Both the position numbers and the translations under genes were made by a program. Below, piece after piece: positions 27,810-37,312 of a DNA stretch of 64,000 bases. The DNA lies in NCBI GenBank assembly GCA_035552775.1, contig DASZKW010000043.1, positions 1 through 64,000 on the forward strand, in the 5' to 3' direction. Every line of letters starts with the position of its first letter. The first letter of the stretch is position 1. The notes below the pieces were generated by a model, which searched no databases, was not told where the DNA came from, and saw nothing but the letters and a program-made list of their open reading frames with translations. The DNA comes from Acidimicrobiales bacterium. GTDB lineage: Bacteria > Actinomycetota > Acidimicrobiia > Acidimicrobiales > Palsa-688.

Positions 27810-29570
27810 ATGAGCTCCCCGAGGCTGCGTGTCGAGGACCTGCGGGTCACCTACCCGGGGAATCGGCCGGTGACGGCGCTCGCCGGCGTCGACCTGACGC
27901 TGGACGCCGGGAGCTGCCTGTGCGTGCTCGGCGAGTCGGGATCCGGCAAGTCGACTCTGGCTCACGGCCTGATCGGGCTCCTCGGCGATGCCGAGGTCGC
28001 TGGCCGCATCCGGCTGGAGGGCGAGGACCTCGCCGACCAGGGCGACTGGCAGCGCGTGCGCTGGCGCCAAATTTCGATAGTGCTGTCGTCGGGCACAGCG
28101 CTCAACCCGGTGCTGCGCATCGGGGACCAAATCGCCGAGCCGCTAAAGGTACACGGGGGAGCGAGCTCAGGAGCAGCCAATGCGCGGGTCGACGCGCTGC
28201 TCGACCAGGTCGGCCTGGGACCGTGGGCGGCAGGGCGTTTCCCTAGGGAGCTTTCGACCGGCCAGCGCAGGCTGGCCATGATTGCGGTGGCGCTGGTTTG
28301 CGACGCTCCGGTGGTCCTCCTGGACGAGCCGACTTCGGGGCTCGACCCGCAAACTCGCAGGGAGCTACTGCGCCTGCTGGGCGCGCTCCGCGACGAGGGC
28401 CGCAGCCTGCTCATGCTCACCCACGACCTGGCCGCCGCCCGGGCCCTGGCCGACGAGGTGCTCGTGTTGTACCGGGGGTGGGTGGCCGAACGGGGACCGG
28501 CGGCCGCCGTGCTCGACGATCCGCGCCACCCCTACTCCTTCGGGCTACTCAACGCCAATCCCAGCCTGGGGTCGGTGAAGGAGCTGCGCGGCATCCGCGG
28601 CGACCCCCCCGACCCGAGCCAGGTGGCGGTCGGGTGCCCGTTCGTCGAGCGCTGCACCCAGGCCATCCCCGCCTGTGTGAAGCAGCGGCCCCCCGAGATC
28701 CCACCCGACGGCGAGGACGGGCCGCGGCACGTGGCCTGCGTCCGCGCCGGTCTGGTCCCGGTCCTCGAGCTGCGGGCGATCACCAAGAGCTACCTTCTCC
28801 GCCAGGGCCCGCTCGGCCATCAGCATGTGGCCGCCGTGGCAGGGGTCGATCTAACCGTCCGCGAGTCCGAGGTGGTCGGCCTGGTCGGCCGCAACGGGGC
28901 TGGCAAGTCGACCCTCGCCCAGATATGCGCCCGCCTCCTCGAGCCTGACGCTGGCGAGGTTCGCCTGGAGGGGACCGACGTGCTGGCGCTGACCGGGCGC
29001 GACTTGCGCCGGGCCCGGGCCCGGGTGCAGATGCTCTTCCCCGACCCGCTCGAGGCGCTGTCTGCCCGGTTCACGGTCGGCCGGCTGGTGCGCGAGCCGC
29101 TCGACGTCCAGGAGGTCGGCGACCCTGAATGGCGCGACGAGGAGGTGACCCGCCTCCTCGGCCAGGTTCGCCTGCCCGCGTCCGCGGTCCTCGACCGGAG
29201 GACCCACGAGCTCTCCACCGGCCAGCTCCAGCGGGTGGCGCTGGCCAGGGCACTGGCGCTGGCTCCCAAGCTGCTCGTGGCCGACGAGCCCGTGGAGCAC
29301 CTGGACCCCTCCGAGCGGGCCAAGGTGCTGCAGCTGTTGAAGACCATCCAGGTGGAACGGGGAATGGCCATGTTGCTGGTCTCCCATGACCTGGGGGTCG
29401 TGCTGCGCGTCGCCGACCGGGTGGTGGTGGTCGACGGCGGCCGGGTCGTTGAGGAGGGGCCGAGCGCCCAGATACTCCGCCACCCCGCGCATCCGGTCAC
29501 CCGCCAGCTTTTGGAGGCCAGCGGAGCGGAGATCGCTGATCGGTTTTCCGGCCTACTTGACCCGGTATAG
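27810..29570 (+). CDS. fused double ABC ATPase (DppD-DppF-like)
   Basis: Two Walker A motifs (GESGSGKST, GRNGAGKST), two signature motifs, and a C-terminal oligopeptide-ABC C-terminal region. Confidence 0.85.
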   Translation: MSSPRLRVEDLRVTYPGNRPVTALAGVDLTLDAGSCLCVLGESGSGKSTLAHGLIGLLGDAEVAGRIRLEGEDLADQGDWQRVRWRQISIVLSSGTALNPVLRIGDQIAEPLKVHGGASSGAANARVDALLDQVGLGPWAAGRFPRELSTGQRRLAMIAVALVCDAPVVLLDEPTSGLDPQTRRELLRLLGALRDEGRSLLMLTHDLAAARALADEVLVLYRGWVAERGPAAAVLDDPRHPYSFGLLNANPSLGSVKELRGIRGDPPDPSQVAVGCPFVERCTQAIPACVKQRPPEIPPDGEDGPRHVACVRAGLVPVLELRAITKSYLLRQGPLGHQHVAAVAGVDLTVRESEVVGLVGRNGAGKSTLAQICARLLEPDAGEVRLEGTDVLALTGRDLRRARARVQMLFPDPLEALSARFTVGRLVREPLDVQEVGDPEWRDEEVTRLLGQVRLPASAVLDRRTHELSTGQLQRVALARALALAPKLLVADEPVEHLDPSERAKVLQLLKTIQVERGMAMLLVSHDLGVVLRVADRVVVVDGGRVVEEGPSAQILRHPAHPVTRQLLEASGAEIADRFSGLLDPV

Positions 29571-29621
29571 TCCAGCGACTCCCACGGAGTCCGATCTCGA
29601 CGGGGAAGGGATGCACTCCCA

Positions 29622-31274
29622 GTGACACGACGCTACGTGACCGCCTTCGCCTGCGCCGCTGTGCTGGCGCTCGGACTTACGGCGTGCGGGAGCTCCGGCG
29701 CCAAAAAAGCCAGCGGCGCGGGCCCCTTAACATTGCGTTTCGCCGGCTCCAGCCAGGGAGCTGGCTATCCCACCCCGTTCGCCGCCATCCGGGGGCCAGG
29801 ACAGCTGCTGACAACCTTCATGTTCGACACCCTGGCCTTCCCCGACGTCACCGGTCAGCCGAAGCCGTGGCTCGCCCAGTCCTGGCAGGAGTCTGCCGAT
29901 GGCAAGACGTGGACCTTCCAGCTTCACCCCAAGGTCACCTGGCAGGACGGCAAGCCGCTCACGTCGGCCGACGTGGTGTTCAGCTTCAATTACGACCTGC
30001 ACGGGCCGGGAGAGGCGACCGGCGTCGCCCAAGGCATCAACTACATCCGCAACGTCACCGCCACGGGGCCCGACACGGTGGTCATCAAGCTCAAAGCCCC
30101 CGAAGCCTCGTTCCTCTCCGACATCGCCGGGGCGTTCGGGGTGGCCATCATCCCCCAGCACATCTGGGCGGCGGTGAGCGACCCCGCCCATTTCCAGGGG
30201 CCCCAGTCGCTGATCGGATCGGGCCCGTACCGGCTGAAGACGTTCGACCTGAGCACCGGCAGCTACGACTTCGTGGCCAACGACGGATTCTACCTCGGCA
30301 GGCCCACTGTCCAGCAGTTCCAGATCATCCCGGAAAACAACCCGCTGGTTGCCCTCCAGCAAGGACAGCTGACTTCGGCCTCCACGTCCAACGGCGTGTT
30401 CCCCCAGGCGGAGTTCAACCTACTCAGCAAGAGCTTCAAGTTGCTGACAGCCCCGGGAGAGTTCAACGAGGCTCTCTTTTTCAACCTGGCCGGCGGCTCC
30501 CCCTACAACCAGGTGGATTTCCGCCACGCGGTGGCCTACGCCCTGAACCGCCAGGACATGCTCGACCGGCTGGCAGACGGGCGCGGCGTTCCCGGTAGCG
30601 CCGGCGGCCTGGGGCCTGACAACCCCTACCTCGACAACAACGTGGCGTCCTACCCCTACGACCCGGCCAAGGCAAAAGCACTCCTCGACCAGCTCGGGAT
30701 CAAGGCTGCCGCCGGTGCCACCTTTCGCACAAGCCCCGACGGTGCGTCCCTGACGATCCCGCTTCTCGCCAGCGCGGCCGACATCCAGCAGGCACAGCTC
30801 GTCCAGCAGTACCTGCGGGCGGTGGGCCTCAACGTGCAGATCACCTCGGTCGACCAGCCGACCTCCGACGCAGCCGACGCGAGCGGGCACTACAAGATGG
30901 CCATCGTGCACTTTGGCGGCCTGGGCAGCGATCCGAGCGGGCTCATCCAAAGGTTCGCCTCCTCCTCCAAGAGCAAGTCGTTCACCCGGGTGACCGGCTA
31001 CCACGACCCGGCCTTCGACAAGCTGGCCGCCGAGCAGGCCACCACGGTCGACGTCGCCCATCGCAAGCAGCTCGTCGACCAGATGCAGGTACTCCTGGCC
31101 AACGACCTGCCCGAGTTGCCCCTCTACATCCCTGAACAGATCACCTTCGTGAACGCCAAGGTGTTCCACGGGTGGGCCTACACGCCGGCGTGCCCGCCTT
31201 GCGGGGCGGGTATGAACAAGCGGATGCTGGTGAGCGGTAGCGCTGCCCCGGCGCCGAGCAATTCGTCGACATAG
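29622..31274 (+). CDS. family-5 ABC substrate-binding lipoprotein (DppA/NikA-like)
   Basis: Lipobox LGLTAC. 550 aa SBP_bac_5 architecture. Confidence 0.85.
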   Translation: MTRRYVTAFACAAVLALGLTACGSSGAKKASGAGPLTLRFAGSSQGAGYPTPFAAIRGPGQLLTTFMFDTLAFPDVTGQPKPWLAQSWQESADGKTWTFQLHPKVTWQDGKPLTSADVVFSFNYDLHGPGEATGVAQGINYIRNVTATGPDTVVIKLKAPEASFLSDIAGAFGVAIIPQHIWAAVSDPAHFQGPQSLIGSGPYRLKTFDLSTGSYDFVANDGFYLGRPTVQQFQIIPENNPLVALQQGQLTSASTSNGVFPQAEFNLLSKSFKLLTAPGEFNEALFFNLAGGSPYNQVDFRHAVAYALNRQDMLDRLADGRGVPGSAGGLGPDNPYLDNNVASYPYDPAKAKALLDQLGIKAAAGATFRTSPDGASLTIPLLASAADIQQAQLVQQYLRAVGLNVQITSVDQPTSDAADASGHYKMAIVHFGGLGSDPSGLIQRFASSSKSKSFTRVTGYHDPAFDKLAAEQATTVDVAHRKQLVDQMQVLLANDLPELPLYIPEQITFVNAKVFHGWAYTPACPPCGAGMNKRMLVSGSAAPAPSNSST

Positions 31275-31299
31275 CCGTAGCCAAACCCCGGAGGTTCAG

Positions 31300-31947
31300 A
31301 TGTCCGCCACCGACCAAGAGACCATTCGCCGGATCGAGGACTTCCACGGACACATGTGCCCCGGGCTAGCGATGGGCATCCGGGCCGCCGAGGTGGCGCT
31401 GGAGTGTATTGGAGCCCACGCGGCGGACGAGGAGGTAGTGGCCATCGTCGAGACCGACATGTGCGGCGTCGACGCCATACAGTTCCTGACCGGCTGCACC
31501 TTCGGTAAGGGCAATCTCATCCACTTGGACTACGGCAAGAACGCCTACACGTTCTGCCGTCGCTCCGACGGTCGGGCGATCCGGGTTACCGGCAAGGCCC
31601 GCGCGTGGGGTGGAGAGGACCCCGAGTGGCAGCGCCTGTTCACTTCCGTGCGGGGCGGCGGCGCCACCCCCGAGGAGCACCGGCGCTTCACCACGTTGCA
31701 CCGCGCCCGGGCAGAGCGAGTCCTGTCTGCCCCCATCGACGATCTCTACGAGGTGGCCAAAGTGGACGTCGAGGTGCCGGCGAGGGCACGCATCCACACC
31801 TCGCTGCCCTGCGCCAACTGCGGCGAGAACACCATGGAGACCCGGGTGCGGCTTCTTCGGGGCCGCCAACTGTGCCCTCCCTGCTTCGAGGCCGAGCTGG
31901 CCGGTCGCCATCCGGTCGCCATGCGCGGGGCGCCCAGTTCCACCTGA
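31300..31947 (+). CDS. FmdE-family protein with C-terminal zinc ribbon
   Basis: FHGHMCPGLAMGIRAAEVAL N-terminal FmdE-like motif. C-terminal CANCGEN...CPPCFEAE zinc ribbon. Confidence 0.65.
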   Translation: MSATDQETIRRIEDFHGHMCPGLAMGIRAAEVALECIGAHAADEEVVAIVETDMCGVDAIQFLTGCTFGKGNLIHLDYGKNAYTFCRRSDGRAIRVTGKARAWGGEDPEWQRLFTSVRGGGATPEEHRRFTTLHRARAERVLSAPIDDLYEVAKVDVEVPARARIHTSLPCANCGENTMETRVRLLRGRQLCPPCFEAELAGRHPVAMRGAPSST

Positions 31948-32015
31948 CCCGTTCGAGCGGCGCCCGACCCGTTCGAGCGGCGCCCGACCCATCCGAGTTG
32001 CGCCGTGCCGACGGC

Positions 32016-33212
32016 TCAACCGAGACGCTCGATGATCATTGCGTTGGCCAGCCCGCCACCTTCGCACATGGTCTGGAGCCCGTAGCGGCCGCCGCTTCGG
32101 CCCAGCTCGAACACCAAGGTGGCGAGCAACTTGGTGCCCGAAGACCCCAGGGGATGACCGAGGGCGATCGCCCCCCCGTTGACGTTGACCCGGCTCATGT
32201 CGGGGCGAAGCTCCTGCTCCCAGGCCAACACGACTGACGCGAAGGCCTCGTTGATCTCGACCGCGTCGATGTCGTCGATGGTCAGCTTGGCCTTCTCCAG
32301 CACCTTGCGGGTGGCGGGGATGGGACCGGTGAGCATGGTTACGGGATCGACGCCTGCCAGGGCAAAGGCGTGGAACCGGGCCAGCGGCGTGAGACCGAGA
32401 GCGGCGCATCGCTCCTCGCTCATGATGAGAGCAGCTGACGCGCCGTCGGTGATCTGCGAGGAGTTGCCGGCGGTGATCTTGCCATCCGGCTTGAACGCCG
32501 GCTTCAAGTTGGCCAAAGTCTCGGCGGTGGTGCCCGGTCGGATCCCTTCGTCGGCGGTGACGGTCTCGCCGGTAGCGACGATCTTGCCCGTTTCCTTGTC
32601 CTTGACCCTCGCCGCCACGGGCACGATCTCCTGGTCGAAGCGGCCCTCCTCGGTGGCTCGGACCGCCAGTTGCTGGCTGCGGGCGCCGAAGGCGTCGAGA
32701 TCGGCACGCGACAGGTCCCACCGGTCGGCGATGAGCTCTGCGGAGATGCCCTGAGGGACCAGACCGCCTACTGCGGCGTAGCGCTCGGCCACCGTCGGGC
32801 CGAAGGGGACGCCAACGCCGGGGACAATGGCCGAAGCGCCCATGGGTACCAGGCTCATCACCTCGACGCCGGCGGCGACGACCACGTCGTAGGCCCCGGA
32901 CATGACGCCCTGGGCGGCGAAGTGCACCGCCTGCTGCGACGACCCGCACTGGCGGTCGATGGTCGTGGCCGGCACGGACTCGGGCCAACCCGCGGCCAGC
33001 ACGGCGTTACGCCCGACGTTGATGGACTGGGCGCCGACCTGCATGACGCAGCCCATGATCACGTCCTCGACCATTTCGGGGTCGAGGTCGTTGCGTGCGG
33101 CCAAGGCCTCGAGGACCGCAGCCGCCAAGTCGACGGGATGCCACCCCGACAGCTTCCCGTTGCGCTTGCCCCCGGCGCTGCGGACGGCGTCGACGATCAC
33201 GGCGGTGGTCAT
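32016..33212 (-). CDS. acetyl-CoA C-acetyltransferase (thiolase)
   Basis: Catalytic motifs: Cys (DRQCGSSQQAV), NGGAIALGHPLGSSG, CEGGGLANAM. Confidence 0.9.
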   Translation of the reverse strand: MTTAVIVDAVRSAGGKRNGKLSGWHPVDLAAAVLEALAARNDLDPEMVEDVIMGCVMQVGAQSINVGRNAVLAAGWPESVPATTIDRQCGSSQQAVHFAAQGVMSGAYDVVVAAGVEVMSLVPMGASAIVPGVGVPFGPTVAERYAAVGGLVPQGISAELIADRWDLSRADLDAFGARSQQLAVRATEEGRFDQEIVPVAARVKDKETGKIVATGETVTADEGIRPGTTAETLANLKPAFKPDGKITAGNSSQITDGASAALIMSEERCAALGLTPLARFHAFALAGVDPVTMLTGPIPATRKVLEKAKLTIDDIDAVEINEAFASVVLAWEQELRPDMSRVNVNGGAIALGHPLGSSGTKLLATLVFELGRSGGRYGLQTMCEGGGLANAMIIERLG

Positions 33213-33313
33213 GTGGGCTCCTCGGGCGTAAAAGAACAGTGGTCAGTGACCATTGTGCGGCGTCCCCGCCGCAAACGAGTCGCCGGCCCCGCGAACGGGC
33301 CGAGGCGCGGGAA

Positions 33314-33343
33314 GGGCGCCCGCACACGACGGGCGCCCTTTTT
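33314..33343 (+). terminator. Rho-independent terminator (gggcgcccg cacacga cgggcgccc TTTTT)
   Basis: 9-bp GC stem, 7-nt loop, T5 run on the + strand. No + strand gene ends here, so it is possibly bidirectional for prx or marks an unannotated small transcript. Confidence 0.6.
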
Positions 33344-33365
33344 CCCACTGTATTCGGCTGTGGCG

Positions 33366-34001
33366 CTACTTGTTCGGTTGGGGTGTCAGGCGCAGGTACG
33401 GGCGCTTGGTCTCCCAGCCCCTGGGAAACTTCTCCTTGGCCGCCTCGTCGCTGATGGCGGGGGATATCACCACGTCGCCTCCGTCGACCCAGTCGGCGGG
33501 CGTGGACACCGAGAACTTGGCCGTCAACTGCAACGAGTCGATCACCCGCAGGATCTCGGCGAAGTTGCGTCCCGTGCTCTGGGGATAGGTGATGGTCAAC
33601 TTCACCTTCTTGTCCGGACCGATCACGAACACCGAGCGGACCGTGACCGTGTCGCTGGCGTTGGGGTGGATCATGCCGTACAGGTCGGCCACCTTGTGGT
33701 CCGGGTCGGCGATGATCGGGAAGTTCATCTTGGTGTCCTGGGTGTCGTTGATGTCGTCCAGCCAGTCCTTGTGGGATTCCACGGAATCCACGCTGACCGC
33801 GATGACCTTGGTGTTGCGCTTGTCGAACTCGTCCTTGAGCTTGGCCACCGCCCCCAGTTCGGTGGTGCACACCGGCGTGAAGTCCTTGGGATGGGAGAAC
33901 AGCACGCCCCACCCGTCACCCAGCCACTCGTGGAAGTGCACCGTGCCCTCTGTGGTGTCCGCGGTGAAGTCCGGTGCCTCGTCACCTAGCTGCAATGCCA
34001 T
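33366..34001 (-). CDS. 1-Cys peroxiredoxin (Prx6-like)
   Basis: FTPVCTTE peroxidatic Cys motif. 211 aa. Confidence 0.85.
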   Translation of the reverse strand: MALQLGDEAPDFTADTTEGTVHFHEWLGDGWGVLFSHPKDFTPVCTTELGAVAKLKDEFDKRNTKVIAVSVDSVESHKDWLDDINDTQDTKMNFPIIADPDHKVADLYGMIHPNASDTVTVRSVFVIGPDKKVKLTITYPQSTGRNFAEILRVIDSLQLTAKFSVSTPADWVDGGDVVISPAISDEAAKEKFPRGWETKRPYLRLTPQPNK

Positions 34002-34116
34002 GCATCCTCCTCAGAGTCGTCTCGAGAGTCGTCTCGACTACGGTCGCCTGCCAGGCTATCCCCAACTGGCCCGAAAGTCGACTTGACTGATCACCTTTTC
34101 CGAGGTCAGTGGGTGG

Positions 34117-35328
34117 TCAAGGCGGATCCTCGGCACCATCGGCGGTGGTTGCGGGCTTCGGCCGGCGGGTGACCCGTCTCAGGGCGCGTGCCAAAGTAGC
34201 AGGATAGGCAGCGGCGCGTGAGGCGTCGGCGGCGACGCTAGGTGTCGCGGCGGCGGGTGGTTCGGGGTGGGGACCACCATGCTTGCCGTCGAGCGACTGC
34301 GAAGCCACCTCGGAGCCAGCGGGCGCGGCCCCGGACCCGTCCGCCGGCAGAGGTGCGCCGTCGGGAGCATCGCCGTTGCCGGCGGGCGTGGTGACCCACG
34401 CCAGTCCGTCGGTGCGGAGGCGTTCCAATATCCTCAAGCGGAGTTCCCGGGCGACGCGTTGGTGCTGGCCGGGCCCGGTGCGGACGGACACCCGCATGGT
34501 GACACCGCCGGCGTCGACGGAGGCCACACCGGCGAAGTTGGGCTGACCGATGATGCACGACGCCCACTGCGGATCGTCGGCCATTGCCCTGGCCTCCTCC
34601 TCGGCCACCCGTCCGGTGCGCTGAAGGTCGGTTCCAAGGGGGACGACCACCTCCACGAGCGCGACGCTGTCGCCCTCGGAGTTGTTTCCCACGGTGCGGA
34701 TGTCGCCGTTCGGCACGTACCAGACCACGCCGTCGATGGACCGGATACGCGTCACGCGGAGCGTCACGCCTTCGACGGTGCCCGACGTCGACCCCACCAC
34801 GATGTTGTCGCCCACCTCGTACTGGTCCTCGGCCAGGATCAGGAGTCCCGAGAGGAAATCCTTGACGAGCGTCTGGGCACCGAAGCCGACCGCCGCGCCG
34901 ATGACGGTGGCGCCGGCGACGAAGGGCGTCAGGTTGATCCCGACCTCGCTGAAGATCGTGAGGAAGGCGATCACCCAGATCACCGCCCGGAAAACCGCCG
35001 ACACCACCCCGGCGATGGTCTCCGCCCGCTCCGTGCCCCGGGCGGTGGCCGCCCTCAGCGGCGAGACGAAGTGCACGGCGGACACCAGCCGCCGGGAGAA
35101 GCGCCTTTCGAGGCGGGTGAGGACGAAGGCGACCACCAGGACCACGGCCACCTTGAGCGGCCCGATTGCCCAGACCTGAACGGTGTGAGCGGTGCCGGCG
35201 TTGACGCCGAGGTCTTGGTGAAGGAGCTGGTAGATCACCCCACGGTCGCCGGACACGGCGCCGGTGTCGGCGGCGGCACGGATCCCGGTGGCCACGTTGC
35301 TCAGAATGACCGCGTCAACCCCCGACAT
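34117..35328 (-). CDS. mechanosensitive ion channel family protein (MscS-like)
   Basis: TM helices followed by an MscS beta-domain. Start uncertain (35328 or 35355). Confidence 0.7.
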   Translation of the reverse strand: MSGVDAVILSNVATGIRAAADTGAVSGDRGVIYQLLHQDLGVNAGTAHTVQVWAIGPLKVAVVLVVAFVLTRLERRFSRRLVSAVHFVSPLRAATARGTERAETIAGVVSAVFRAVIWVIAFLTIFSEVGINLTPFVAGATVIGAAVGFGAQTLVKDFLSGLLILAEDQYEVGDNIVVGSTSGTVEGVTLRVTRIRSIDGVVWYVPNGDIRTVGNNSEGDSVALVEVVVPLGTDLQRTGRVAEEEARAMADDPQWASCIIGQPNFAGVASVDAGGVTMRVSVRTGPGQHQRVARELRLRILERLRTDGLAWVTTPAGNGDAPDGAPLPADGSGAAPAGSEVASQSLDGKHGGPHPEPPAAATPSVAADASRAAAYPATLARALRRVTRRPKPATTADGAEDPP

Positions 35329-36037
35329 TGACGCCGACCAGGCGACCGATGGCAAAAGCGAACCCGGCCGCCAGCATGCTCACCACCAGCTGACGTAGCG
35401 CAGATCGCCACATGGAGCGCCCCGTCGCCCGGGCGAGCAGGGTCCCGATGACGATGGCGCTGCCGGCAGCGAGTGCCACCGACAGTGCCTCGGCGAGCGT
35501 GCTGGTGGTGAAGAACCACGGCAAGAGGGGGATCACCGCCCCCAGGGCGAAGCTGGCGAACGACGACACCGCGGCCAGGTAGGGCGACCCGAGCGAGCTC
35601 GGGTCGACGCCCAGTTCCTCCCGGGCGTGCGTCTCGAGGGCCATCTCTGGCGTGCGCATCATCTCCGAGGCCATCTCTCCCGCGATGTCGGGGGCGACAC
35701 CCCGGGACTCGTAGATGTCGGCCAGCTCGCGTTGCTCGGCGACGGGTGAACGCTTCAGCTCCCGCCGCTCCATGTCCAACTCATGCTGGAGCAGCTCGGA
35801 TTGGGCGTGCATGGAGACATACTCGCCTGCGGCCATCGAGAAAGCGCCGGCGAGGAGCCCGGCGAAGCCAGCCAGGCGCACGTAGGGACCCGCGCTCTGG
35901 GCTCCGGCGACACCGATGATGAGCGAGACGTTTGTCACCAGACCGTCGCTGACGCCGAACACGGCGGCGCGAGCCGCGCCGCCCTGCACGTTGCGGTGGT
36001 GGCTCTCGGGTTGGTCCGTGGTGCTGCGAGTGGACAT
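35315..36037 (-). CDS. VIT1/CCC1-family Fe/Mn transporter
   Basis: MSTRSTTDQPESHHRNVQGGAARAAVFGVSDGLVTNVSLIIGVAGA..., the VIT family signature region. Confidence 0.75.
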   Translation of the reverse strand: MSTRSTTDQPESHHRNVQGGAARAAVFGVSDGLVTNVSLIIGVAGAQSAGPYVRLAGFAGLLAGAFSMAAGEYVSMHAQSELLQHELDMERRELKRSPVAEQRELADIYESRGVAPDIAGEMASEMMRTPEMALETHAREELGVDPSSLGSPYLAAVSSFASFALGAVIPLLPWFFTTSTLAEALSVALAAGSAIVIGTLLARATGRSMWRSALRQLVVSMLAAGFAFAIGRLVGVNVGG

Positions 36038-36326
36038 CGCTGGGACGGCACCCTTCGGGTCCGGGGATGATGGCCGGCGTGGACCACCGGTCTTCGTGAC
36101 CCACCAGGCTACGCGCCCGGCGGTCAGGCGGTGGATGGCCCGGACAGCTACGACGACTTGTGCAGGTCGTGGCCGACGATACCGGCACGGAGACGACCGC
36201 GGGCCGGTTACCCGACTCCCCGTCGCTGCTCTAAGATGACCGGCGAGCCAGCGGGCCGCAGGATCGCGCGCGCCGACGCCACCCGGGCGTGTGGCGCCGA
36301 GGCACCCGCCAGGGACCGAGGAGGCC

Positions 36327-36971
36327 ATGGGTGAAGCGCACATATCAACCGAACACCAGGCGGCGAGCCAAGCGACACGGTTTCCGGCACCGGATGTCCA
36401 CGCGTGCCGGTCAGGCGATCATCAAGTCCAGGCGGCTCAAGGGCCGCAAGCGCCTCTCGGCCTGATCTGGCGTGTCCGCAGGCGGGGTACCTTCGGTGAA
36501 CTCCACCGGGCCCGGACGCGGCGCGGGGCCCCGGGAGGGACCCGGCAGGGCGTGGCGGCCGGCACCAGAGCGCAGCGTCACCGTCGTGGGCCTATCACGG
36601 TATCTTGGGTGGGCGACGACTGGTCGGTACCGCCCCGCGTCGGTTTTGCTGTGGGCCGCAACGTTGGCTCCGCGGTGCTCCGAAATCGCCTCAAGCGCCA
36701 ACTGAGGGCGATCTTGGGGTCCGAAGCCGCCCGCCTTTCGGCCGGCGCCTACCTGGTTCGGGTGGCACCAGACGCCATTCACCTATCCTTCCATGATCTA
36801 CAGATCACTTTGGTGCAAACACTCGATACCATGGGCCTTCTGAAAGAGGCTCCCGCCAGTGCTGCATCGACGGCGAGTACCGCCTCTGTGTCGAGTACCG
36901 CCTCTGTGTCGAGTACCGCCTCGGTGTCGAGCAGTGACGTAGGGCACAGCGAAGCGAGAGCCGGTGGTTGA
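36327..36971 (+). CDS. rnpA: ribonuclease P protein component RnpA (long form; 5' part overlaps rpmH out of frame; C-terminal Ser/Thr repeat tail)
   Basis: RnpA core ([26 protein letters not shown]). The only canonical in-frame start is the ATG at 36327, 4 nt before the rpmH GTG. No ATG/GTG/TTG lies between the rpmH stop and the core. Confidence 0.55.
   Translation: MGEAHISTEHQAASQATRFPAPDVHACRSGDHQVQAAQGPQAPLGLIWRVRRRGTFGELHRARTRRGAPGGTRQGVAAGTRAQRHRRGPITVSWVGDDWSVPPRVGFAVGRNVGSAVLRNRLKRQLRAILGSEAARLSAGAYLVRVAPDAIHLSFHDLQITLVQTLDTMGLLKEAPASAASTASTASVSSTASVSSTASVSSSDVGHSEARAGG
36331..36465 (+). CDS. rpmH: 50S ribosomal protein L34
   Basis: GTG-initiated [52 protein letters not shown] Shine-Dalgarno upstream. 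Confidence 0.9.
   Translation: MKRTYQPNTRRRAKRHGFRHRMSTRAGQAIIKSRRLKGRKRLSA
36875..36928. repeat. 18-bp tandem repeat x3 (gagtaccgcctctgtgtc) in the rnpA 3' tail
   Basis: Seen directly. Encodes STASVS repeats. Confidence 0.8.
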
Positions 36972-37305
36972 CGAGCCCTTGAATGGCGCTTCGGTCCTAT
37001 CGGCCCCCGCTGTACGCGTACTGGATCGGCCGGCGCCAGGCGGTGCCATCCGGGGGCGACGCCCCGCCGCCGATGAGGTCTCGTCGGCCCGGGGATGGTC
37101 GCGGCTGCTCGTAGGTCTCATCCAGATCTACCAACTGGCTCGGAGTGGTCGAGTATCGCCGTGCCGCTTCACTCCGACGTGCTCCCAGTACGCCGTAGAA
37201 GCCCTTTCCCGCCATGGCGTCACGCGGGGCCTGCGTTTGACCGCCGGCCGCCTCGTGCGCTGCCGCCCCGGGGGTCCCTTCGGAGCGGACCCCGTCCCGG
37301 AATGA
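36964..37305 (+). CDS. yidD: membrane protein insertion efficiency factor YidD
   Basis: LIQIYQLARSGRVSPCRFTPTCSQYAVEAL...RLVRCRPGGPFGADPVP. Confidence 0.7.
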   Translation: MVDEPLNGASVLSAPAVRVLDRPAPGGAIRGRRPAADEVSSARGWSRLLVGLIQIYQLARSGRVSPCRFTPTCSQYAVEALSRHGVTRGLRLTAGRLVRCRPGGPFGADPVPE

Positions 37306-37312
37306 GGAACTG

